Of a stretch of DNA of 64,000 bases, positions 30,807 through 39,068 are shown piece after piece. Source of the DNA: Vicinamibacteria bacterium (lineage in GTDB: Bacteria > Acidobacteriota > Vicinamibacteria > Marinacidobacterales > Marinacidobacteraceae); NCBI GenBank assembly GCA_964291235.2, contig OZ219816.1, positions 2,043,729 through 2,107,728 on the forward strand, in the 5' to 3' direction. How positions within the stretch are numbered: the first letter of the stretch is position 1; the number at the start of each line of letters is the position of its first letter. Below the pieces are notes generated by a model that ran no database searches, was not told the origin of the DNA, and saw only the letters and a list, made by a program, of their open reading frames with translations. Position numbers and translations under genes: made by a program.

Positions 30807-33800
30807 ATGGCAGGTAGCGACCGCTTCGTCACGGAATGGGATGGGACGCCAAGCTTTTGGAATTACCTTCTTGGTCTCGACCGGGCTGATCTCGTTGCCG
30901 AGTTGGTCCAGAATGATCTAGATCAGGAAGCGACTCTCACTGTCCTCTCTTTCGAGAGAGATCGGCTGGTTTGCGAGGGTGACGGCAGGCCGGTCGAAGC
31001 CGATGGTTGGCAGCGGTTGCGGAAAATGCAGGGCGCGGGCGACAGCGTCCCTGCCAAGCGGCGGAAGATCGGAGTCAAAAACCACGGACTCAAGACGGCA
31101 TTCACCATCGGTGATGAGTTGGAACTTAGCTCTGCAGGACAGCGGATTGTACAGACGCTCTATGCAAATGGGCGAGACAAGCCCCCATATCCTGGGGCAT
31201 CACCTGAGCCGCGTTCGGACCCGCATGCTCCGACCGACGGTTGCCGCGTCACCGTCTGGTATCGCACCACTGACCTCGAACCGCTTCAGGGGGAAGCCAG
31301 CGTGTTCGGGGCATTCGGTAAGCGTCAAATCGACGATTTGTTCGTGTCCGCTTGCACCTCGGCGCCAGCACAATTTGCCGGCATCGCCGTGCCAGAGGTG
31401 GCACCACGCTACGAGATCGTGCTGCGGCACTGGCGGCTCGGGGAAGCCCGCTTCTCCTTCTCGTGCACGCGGCCACGGAAGATCGCTCAGCGTATTGAAC
31501 TTTTTCGGCGTGCCTGTGCCGTCAGCGGGACCGCGACCGATTTACCGGAGGGCCTCAATGAACAAGCCGCTCGTCGCCTAGTTCCGGCGAAACGTCGCCT
31601 CAGCGAGCGAGTGCCCGACTTCTTCCGGCGTGACAAGCGTTTCTTTGTCGAAGTTGCTTGGCCAATAGACCGGCGTGGCAAACCTCTCCTAGGCGTCGGC
31701 CGATACCGCTATCCCATCGGATACCCGAGGGGTTCAGCCGAAGCACTTACTGGGCATGGTGCGCATATCAGTGCACCATTGGTGTCGGACAACGCGCGCC
31801 GTGGTCTGGCCAAGAATGAGGCAACGAACGTCGAACTTCTCGGCGCGTGCGAGTCGCTTCTGACGGACGCAATCGCACACTATGCCGTCCCCGCTTGGGG
31901 ACCACGCGGTCTAGACCCTCTGGTGCCGACTTCTGACGCCGACATCACTCGCGCAAGTGTCCGACACATCCTAGCGGCTCTTACCAAGCGGAACGCTATG
32001 CCCGTCCTGAGTTGGCGGAACGCTGCACAGTTACTGTGGAAACGTAGGAAACAGCAAGTGCGGGAGGCAGAGCGGCGAATCAGACTCTCAACGAATTCGA
32101 AGCGGACACCGGGGTACCGCTTCGTGGTACCGGCTGCGACTTGGACGTCCGGAAAGATCCATCCGGCTCTCTCGCTGCTCTGCCCATCGTCGGAAAAACA
32201 GCTCGATCCTCGTGTTTCCTCAGAACTCATTCGTCTCCTGGAGGATCAAGAAACCTCGGGCTTTAGTGAGGAGTTCGTCACTTTCGATGAGAACGATGTG
32301 ATTGATCGCGTGACGGGCGATGGAAACGAGTGGTTCCCCGGTATCTCGAATCCAACGCGTGTCTTTGCTGAACCATTGGTCGCCGGGGCACTACTCGATC
32401 TCACCGAGAAGGCGATCAACGAGAGAAAACGTGACCCCATAGACGCGGATGAGTTGATGGACAGCTTACTCCTCCCCGATCGTTTGGGGAGGGCAACGTC
32501 GTTTCGAGATTTGTATTCCAGTGCTCCCCTCCCACTCGACGTTCCCGGTCTGCGACTGCCGCGAGTTCTTCACTCTGACCTGGTCAACCACTCGATCTTC
32601 AGGCACACAACGTGGCGTCTCCCAAAGTACACCATGGCCGAGTTCTTGGACAGTGGCACGCTCCAAACCGCCGACGAGAATACTCGCAGGAACTTCTGGA
32701 ACTGGCTACACCACAACCATCGGCGGATCGGACGCCGTGAGCGACCCAAATTGGCTGATCTCGCCATTTGGCTCGATGTCAATGGGGTTCCGGGCAGAAT
32801 CGCTGACCTTTGCGAGCCACGGTCGCGCTTAGTTGGGCGTACCCTCGGCGAGTCCATTCGCAGGCCGCATGATCAGCTACGGCGCTCCAAACTGGTCTCC
32901 GCCCACAGCAGAGCGCGTGCGCGAATTCGACCCGTACCAACTCAAGACGAGATCACCGATTGGCTCACCACATGGACGGCTCGATTCAGCGAAGGCAAAA
33001 CAGCTGGCGCTGGGACAGCTCAGCGGCTACGTCGTTTCGAAGCTGGTCTCGCCACCCTGCTCAACGACGCCGCCATCACTCGCCTGCTGAGAAAGACCCA
33101 AGTCTCCTTGCCGGCTCTCGCCAAGGACGGTTCGATTCGGCCACGTGGTGCACTCCTCCTACCCACTCGCAGTAACAACCGCCTCGCGCTACCGCCCCGT
33201 TTCGTTCTCGAGGAGCAAAACCCCCGACACTCAGAAGCCGTTGCCCGACTTTCGGCATGCCAAAGTGAGGTGACTCCCACGATGATTCTCAGCGCGTTCC
33301 GAGAAGATCCTCGCAACTGGTCCGCGCTGCAGGCGCGCTTACGCGATTTCCTCCGCGTCACGGAGAGTGGCGACAACTGGCGGCTCGAACTCCGAGACAC
33401 ACCCTTTCTTCCGGTTGGTGAGCAGCCGCGCTCACCGTCCGAGTTGGCCTTTCGAGGCAACCGAGGCGACTACTGGGGTGAATGGAAGACCGTCATTCCC
33501 ATACGCGCCCTGTCCCAAGACGATCAGCGTCGTTACGTCGAGGCCGGCGTAACGTCGGGGCTACCCGACCCGAGCTCGAGCCGAGCCTTTTTTGAGTGGC
33601 TCTCTGCACAGGATTCGACCGCTCTTCGACGTCACATTCCGTGCGTGCTACGGCAGATTCTCCATCGAGACGGGCCAACGAAATGGGCCGAGTCCTTCTC
33701 GGATATGCCTTTCATCCCTGCGCGAGGCTACGGAGACAGGCTGGAGTTACTGTCGTTGCGCGCCGCGAAGCGCAGGCCGGTCTTTCTCCCGCACGCTAGC

Positions 33801-35036
33801 AACATCAACGAGACCATCATCCGCAGAGACCGGGCCGTGTGGCTAGTGATCGACCGCGTTCGTGAGGTGGCGGAGTCGATATCTGAGCCGCTGTCGAGAC
33901 TCCGCGTTAGATCGCTCCACAAGCACTTTCAAGAGCCGGTCCGAGTTACCGGGACGGGAGATGTCGCGAAGGCAACTACCGAGATCCGCGACCTAATAGA
34001 GGAGCTTCAAACGTCTGGGTTTAGGCGCTCATTCCGAAAACGACTAGGTGAGCTAGGTGTTGAGTCGCGACTACTGCGCAACAACTGGCACGATCGACTG
34101 GGAAGTATCAAGAACATACACTCCGCCGACAAGGTAGAAGGAGTCTACAGGTTCCGCGGGAAGCCGTATCTTTCTCCTATTGATGCTGGATTTGATCGCT
34201 CGACTGGCATCTTTTGGTTAAGAAACGATCAGATTACCGGTGCCGGTGCCGTATACCGCGCTCTTGCGGCGCAGATGGTGTTCAAAACGACGGCTCGTCC
34301 CATTGATCACTTCTCCCTGGAGCACGCTAGAGCGCTAGATATTCGGGATCCTACCTATGGATCTGTAGACAGATCTAAAACCCAGTCGGGTTACGAAGCA
34401 GCGGACAATGCCTACCAGAACGAGTCCGACGACGATGGGGACGACCGCCCCACGGAAGCCACCTTCGGGCACTCACCATTCGAACCGGATCCAGCGCGTA
34501 ATACGCCGCATCCTGTCCCGATCCCGTCCGGTGAACCGAGGACAAGACGACGCCAATATCGCAAGAGTCAACCAAGTTCCGAAGGTCGGGAGCACAATGT
34601 CAGCCAAGCGCCGCCGCTTGAGAGGGAGCAAATAAGGATTTTGAAGCAGAACCTCTATTCGAGCCACTGCCAAATGTGTTTGTGCAAGCATCCGCCACGA
34701 GAGTTAGCGCCAACCGGCAGTTACATCGAGTGGGAGGAAGTACGTCGACGGGTCGTTGAGGCGCACCACGTTGATCCTAAGTCGGGCGGTGGGGCGCGTC
34801 ACGCCGGAAACCTGATCCTTCTTTGCAAACTGCATCACGACAACTATGGACGTCGCCTTACCCGTGCTGCGATTACTTCCTCACTGAGAGCCGATGCAAG
34901 AAAGGACTCCGTTCAGTATGGAGGCAACTCGGCGATTCAAGGTGTGCGGATCGAAGTCTCAATTCCCGACACGGGAGAGATAGTCGAGTTCTTCTTCATG
35001 AAGGAGCATGTAGACTACTGGCTCTCGGAAGGCTGA
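30807..35036 (+). CDS. Large sacsin-like GHKL/HATPase protein with C-terminal HNH endonuclease
   Basis: N-terminal AELVQNDLDQ...EGDG...KIGVKNHGLKTAF; C-terminal CQMC...EAHHVDPKSGGG..HAGNLILLCKLHH; visibly lower GC than flanks. Confidence 0.75.
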   Translation: MAGSDRFVTEWDGTPSFWNYLLGLDRADLVAELVQNDLDQEATLTVLSFERDRLVCEGDGRPVEADGWQRLRKMQGAGDSVPAKRRKIGVKNHGLKTAFTIGDELELSSAGQRIVQTLYANGRDKPPYPGASPEPRSDPHAPTDGCRVTVWYRTTDLEPLQGEASVFGAFGKRQIDDLFVSACTSAPAQFAGIAVPEVAPRYEIVLRHWRLGEARFSFSCTRPRKIAQRIELFRRACAVSGTATDLPEGLNEQAARRLVPAKRRLSERVPDFFRRDKRFFVEVAWPIDRRGKPLLGVGRYRYPIGYPRGSAEALTGHGAHISAPLVSDNARRGLAKNEATNVELLGACESLLTDAIAHYAVPAWGPRGLDPLVPTSDADITRASVRHILAALTKRNAMPVLSWRNAAQLLWKRRKQQVREAERRIRLSTNSKRTPGYRFVVPAATWTSGKIHPALSLLCPSSEKQLDPRVSSELIRLLEDQETSGFSEEFVTFDENDVIDRVTGDGNEWFPGISNPTRVFAEPLVAGALLDLTEKAINERKRDPIDADELMDSLLLPDRLGRATSFRDLYSSAPLPLDVPGLRLPRVLHSDLVNHSIFRHTTWRLPKYTMAEFLDSGTLQTADENTRRNFWNWLHHNHRRIGRRERPKLADLAIWLDVNGVPGRIADLCEPRSRLVGRTLGESIRRPHDQLRRSKLVSAHSRARARIRPVPTQDEITDWLTTWTARFSEGKTAGAGTAQRLRRFEAGLATLLNDAAITRLLRKTQVSLPALAKDGSIRPRGALLLPTRSNNRLALPPRFVLEEQNPRHSEAVARLSACQSEVTPTMILSAFREDPRNWSALQARLRDFLRVTESGDNWRLELRDTPFLPVGEQPRSPSELAFRGNRGDYWGEWKTVIPIRALSQDDQRRYVEAGVTSGLPDPSSSRAFFEWLSAQDSTALRRHIPCVLRQILHRDGPTKWAESFSDMPFIPARGYGDRLELLSLRAAKRRPVFLPHASNINETIIRRDRAVWLVIDRVREVAESISEPLSRLRVRSLHKHFQEPVRVTGTGDVAKATTEIRDLIEELQTSGFRRSFRKRLGELGVESRLLRNNWHDRLGSIKNIHSADKVEGVYRFRGKPYLSPIDAGFDRSTGIFWLRNDQITGAGAVYRALAAQMVFKTTARPIDHFSLEHARALDIRDPTYGSVDRSKTQSGYEAADNAYQNESDDDGDDRPTEATFGHSPFEPDPARNTPHPVPIPSGEPRTRRRQYRKSQPSSEGREHNVSQAPPLEREQIRILKQNLYSSHCQMCLCKHPPRELAPTGSYIEWEEVRRRVVEAHHVDPKSGGGARHAGNLILLCKLHHDNYGRRLTRAAITSSLRADARKDSVQYGGNSAIQGVRIEVSIPDTGEIVEFFFMKEHVDYWLSEG

Positions 35037-35228
35037 TTCGCAGAAAGCGCAGCGCCATTCGGTGCTTTCTTGTTGTGGATCCAGGCGACACAGCGTAGGA
35101 TTGTGCCTATCGGCCCCAACAATGAACGTACGGCGTTGTTTAGCCATTCAAAGTGTGCTTGCAAGCGCGCCTCGCTGGGCGGAAGTCATATGAGCGCGTC
35201 CTAGGACGTTTAGCCCAGTTGGGGGTGG

Positions 35229-38200
35229 TTAGGAGATCGGCGGATTTTGAGGTGACCCTCCGACAGCCCGTGCAAGCTGGTCGTCGAGGATCCGCTTCAA
35301 ATAGGCGGGCGGCGACTCGGGGAAGAGGATGTGTTTTTCGGCGAAACGTGTCCGAGTCCAGGGTCCGTCGGGGTAGTGTTTGCGGAGGGTGTCGAAGGGC
35401 GTGGCGGAGATGATGTAGGAGTCCAAAGTGACTCCGGCAAAGCCGCTTCTTCGGCTCGCAGCGGGACCGATTTCGTCGCGGAGCCGCTCGTGGAGCCGCG
35501 CCTTCTCATCGTGTTCGTAGGCGGGCGCGTGCATCATGCCGTGCGGTTCGACGAAGACGATGTGCTGCCGGTTTTCGTTCTTGATCCAGAGAATGAAGTC
35601 CGGGTAGAAGCCCCTGTCCTCAAAGAAGCTGATGCCGGCCCCCCGGGAGAGGTTCCGCAGCAGGAAGAGCCTCACCCCGGAGAACGGGCCGTGTTGTGCC
35701 TCACGCCAGAAGTTGGTCAGATCCCGCACGAAATCCTTCTCGCTCTCGACCAGGGCCGGCGGTGACATCGGCAATGGGTCCCCTTTGAAACCGAGCAGCG
35801 GTTCGTACAGATGTCCGTCGAACTCTATTGAGCGTAGGCGCCGCAACCCCTGCCTCGCGGGATCCCGGAGTTGGTGGCCAGTAGCCAGGAAGTCCTCCAG
35901 TTCTGCGATGAAATCCCTGTGCGTCCCGTCATTCGGGACCTGGATCGTGTAGGCGGCACCCTCACCAACGGCCAGATTCGGATCCGCAGGCGTGAGCTGC
36001 CGGTATTCGAAGTGAGTCGTTTCCCATCGCTCCCTGCGGCGGCGGTAGACCGCGTCGAGCGCCTTGCACAGCAGCCTGGTGACGGCCTGCTGCAGCCGCT
36101 TCAGATCCGCCATCGTCCGAGGATCGAACAGGCTCTCCTCGGCGGCGAGTCGGCAGCGGGTGGCGATGGGGCGGAGAGCCAGTTCCCGGATGATGACGTT
36201 CCGGTATCCGCGGCGGTAGGCGTGGTCCAGGAGTTCGAGACGAACACGCTCCCAGTCCACAAGATCGAGCAGCGCATCCGATAGTTGGCGGGGTGCACGT
36301 GCGCCGAACTCCGTGGCTGCGGCGATCTCGTCGTCGCTGCTTCGGAAACCGCTGAACCGTGGGGAGAGGTCGCGTTCAACGGCCGCCGCATCTTCGTCGG
36401 CAAACAGGAAGGGCGGTCCGCTCCGGGCGAACGAAACGCCGTCCGGCAGTCGGGGCACGACGAGCCTCTGATCGAGGAGATCGTCCCGAATGTGGAACGG
36501 CAGCACGAACTCCCTCGGTTCCGCGATCCCCTCGGCCCGCAGGTACTCCCGGAACCTCTCCATATAGGATGCCCGGATCGCGAACACCTGAAGTGTTTCG
36601 AGCAGATGAAGATGTGGGGGATGCCCCGTTGTCCCGAGAGCCCGGCTGCGCTTCAGGCAGAAATCCTTGCCCCGGAGGCGGACGCCGCGGCCGAAGAGCT
36701 GGATGATCTGTGATCCCTCGCTCCTGCCGACGTTCAGGAGACCCATGCTCGAGACGCGCCATGAGTTCCAGCCCTCGATGAACCGCTTGGCCCCTACGAG
36801 TACATTGATAGGAGACCCGCGCTCGTTGATCGCCTCGAACAGTGCCTCAGTCATGGCGTCCTCGGCCACCATGAGGGAAGGCTCCCGGCTACGGACGAGG
36901 TTCCGGAACTCCCGAGGATCCCCAACATAGATGACCCCGAAGTAGTCGGCCGCGCCTGCCGCCCGCAGGCCGATCTCACCCGCGCCACTGCGGATCGTCC
37001 GTAGTTCCAACCCGCCGCTCCTCTGGGTCTGGAACACCCGCCTCAGAATGTCCGCGTAGAGCGCGTCGCCGTTCATCTGCCTTCGTTCCCGCAGAAGGGG
37101 AAACAGACCGCGGAACGGATCCGCGCCGCCCAGATCGCTTCCGATCGTCCCGTTCAGGATCCTGGTGATGGTCGCTGCCGCCCAGATCCGGTCCTTCAAG
37201 AAGTGATGGAAGAACTGGCAGACGGTGAGGACATCACTTCGGCCCTGCCCCTCCTCCTTGCGCACCGCGTTGACCTTGGCGCCCACGAACACCCATAGAG
37301 GAGCCTCGATCCCGTAGGGTGCATGCCCGCCGCCATCGAAAGCAAGTCGCTGTTCGTAGAACGTGAGTAGCCCCGCCAGCAGCAGGACGTACCCAGCGCC
37401 GCCCCCCGCGTCCTGTTCCAGATTGAGAACGCGAAAGTCTTTTCCGTAGCCGTCCTCGTAAAACCAGCGGTAGGAGTAGTCACAGAGGATGCTCCGGCCG
37501 TAGCGCGCCGTCAGGTCCCTATCGTTGGCGGCGGCAAGCGCCTGGCCGAACGTGGCGCTGTACTCGAAGGTGAACCCCGTTTCCGAGAGTGCCTCGCGTA
37601 CCTTGCGCCACGCTTCTCCGCCGGATCCTTTGTGGCCCTCATCCACGAAGATCAGGTTCCTTCCCTGGAAGGACTCGACGGGGACCGAGACCCCCTTGCC
37701 GCGCTTCTCCTCGACCAGCTTCGTGATCTCTATGACCGCCACCGTGTTCGCGCCCGAAAGGCCCGCCGGAGAGTCGAAACGGCGCATCGGAACCCCGGAA
37801 AGCTCGGCCTCGCGGAGGTGCTGCGCACTGAGCCCCTCGTTGGGCGTCACCAGCAGGATGTTGTCGCGAAAGTTCTGGTCGTAGTGGAGGAACTGCCGGT
37901 AATTCAGGTGGAGCAACAAAGTCTTGCCGCTTCCGGTCGCCATCCAGAACGCCAGCCGGTCGAGGTCGCGCTCCTCGAAATCCGATAGCTGGTCCGCCCG
38001 ATGGGGCGATCCGCGGCGCTGTTCAGAAACCGACTGGTTTAGTGAATCGAGCAGTAACGCCCGGCTTTCGGCGCGACGGTGAAGGAAAAGCTCGGCGGCC
38101 AGAGCGGCGGCATGCTGGAAATAGCGGAGCGTGATGGCGTGCGCGGCGCGCTTCGCGTTCATCCGGGCGAGGTGAGACTGGATGTTCTCGTCGTATTGCC

Positions 38201-38429
38201 TCAGGTCGTCCTCGCCGATCCGAAGAGCCGAACCGCGCGAGAGGAGCCGGAGCGCAACGAAGCTCCGTCCCTCCGCATCGAACCCCGGCCCGACGGCACT
38301 CTCGTGCAAGTCTTTCCGCAGATCGGCCGCCGACTTGTAGCCAAACTCGCCAGCGACCCAGTGCACCAACGAGAGCTGGTCCACCAATTTCGGTGATCTG
38401 TTCGACGCCCCGCCCGGTTTCCGTCCCAC
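35229..38429 (-). CDS. res: Type III restriction enzyme Res subunit (SF2 ATPase + PD-(D/E)xK nuclease)
   Basis: MATGSGKT, FVDEGH, EYSATF, EGWNS, QLFGRGVR, FYPDFILW...FVEPHG. Confidence 0.9.
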   Translation of the reverse strand: MGRKPGGASNRSPKLVDQLSLVHWVAGEFGYKSAADLRKDLHESAVGPGFDAEGRSFVALRLLSRGSALRIGEDDLRQYDENIQSHLARMNAKRAAHAITLRYFQHAAALAAELFLHRRAESRALLLDSLNQSVSEQRRGSPHRADQLSDFEERDLDRLAFWMATGSGKTLLLHLNYRQFLHYDQNFRDNILLVTPNEGLSAQHLREAELSGVPMRRFDSPAGLSGANTVAVIEITKLVEEKRGKGVSVPVESFQGRNLIFVDEGHKGSGGEAWRKVREALSETGFTFEYSATFGQALAAANDRDLTARYGRSILCDYSYRWFYEDGYGKDFRVLNLEQDAGGGAGYVLLLAGLLTFYEQRLAFDGGGHAPYGIEAPLWVFVGAKVNAVRKEEGQGRSDVLTVCQFFHHFLKDRIWAAATITRILNGTIGSDLGGADPFRGLFPLLRERRQMNGDALYADILRRVFQTQRSGGLELRTIRSGAGEIGLRAAGAADYFGVIYVGDPREFRNLVRSREPSLMVAEDAMTEALFEAINERGSPINVLVGAKRFIEGWNSWRVSSMGLLNVGRSEGSQIIQLFGRGVRLRGKDFCLKRSRALGTTGHPPHLHLLETLQVFAIRASYMERFREYLRAEGIAEPREFVLPFHIRDDLLDQRLVVPRLPDGVSFARSGPPFLFADEDAAAVERDLSPRFSGFRSSDDEIAAATEFGARAPRQLSDALLDLVDWERVRLELLDHAYRRGYRNVIIRELALRPIATRCRLAAEESLFDPRTMADLKRLQQAVTRLLCKALDAVYRRRRERWETTHFEYRQLTPADPNLAVGEGAAYTIQVPNDGTHRDFIAELEDFLATGHQLRDPARQGLRRLRSIEFDGHLYEPLLGFKGDPLPMSPPALVESEKDFVRDLTNFWREAQHGPFSGVRLFLLRNLSRGAGISFFEDRGFYPDFILWIKNENRQHIVFVEPHGMMHAPAYEHDEKARLHERLRDEIGPAASRRSGFAGVTLDSYIISATPFDTLRKHYPDGPWTRTRFAEKHILFPESPPAYLKRILDDQLARAVGGSPQNPPIS

Positions 38430-38436
38430 GGTCGGG

Positions 38437-38778
38437 CTACTCCTCCCCGAGGACGGCGTTCAACGGCTGGATGAGTCTCGGGATCTGAACGGAAACGGTC
38501 ACATGCAGCCGCTCTTGAACGACCTCGCCATAGCCGTGTGCCAATTGATTGCGCATGCCGACCACCTGTCGCCAGGGTATCTCGGGATGCTGCGCCCGAA
38601 ACTCGGTCGAAACACGATTGGCCGCCTCACCCACGGTCATCACCTGATACCGAAGTGCGGAGTCCCCTGTCCGGTCGTTCTGTAGCGCGTCGACGCTCGC
38701 ATTCTCGGGAGTCTCCACGGCCGCCATCGCGTATTCCCGCATGTCGCGCAGCGCCATGTCGTCAGTCCGACGACCCAT
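38437..38778 (-). CDS. HepT-like HEPN RNase toxin (DUF86)
   Basis: VGEAA, HPEIPW, MRNQLAHGY (RX4HXY). Confidence 0.88.
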   Translation of the reverse strand: MGRRTDDMALRDMREYAMAAVETPENASVDALQNDRTGDSALRYQVMTVGEAANRVSTEFRAQHPEIPWRQVVGMRNQLAHGYGEVVQERLHVTVSVQIPRLIQPLNAVLGEE

Positions 38779-39068
38779 AGAAGACCTCCACAGACCTAGC
38801 GACCTCCTCCTGCATCCACGGCCGCAACGCTCGAAACTCAATGGTCTCCGCCTTGCGCCCCACAATGGCTGTGAGCCCGTCCTGTCGGTCCACCAGTTCA
38901 AATAGGCCGAAACGCGCGTCCGGTCGCAACTCCGCGACCAGGTCCACGTCGCTCTCTGCCCCGAAGTAGTCCCGAATCACTGAGCCGAACAACGAGAACT
39001 TCCGAATCCGGTGCTTGTCGCAAAACGCCGCGAATCGCGTGCCGAGGAATCGAAATCCGGAGGCTCAC
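38762..39068 (-). pseudogene. MntA-like minimal nucleotidyltransferase antitoxin, apparently frameshifted near 39033
   Basis: GTG at 39068 (overlaps the mod TGA) reads MSLRISIPRHAI. The continuation AAFCDKHRIRKFSLFGSVIRDYFGAESDVD (GSX10DXD) lies in the adjacent frame, one extra base away. Confidence 0.72.
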
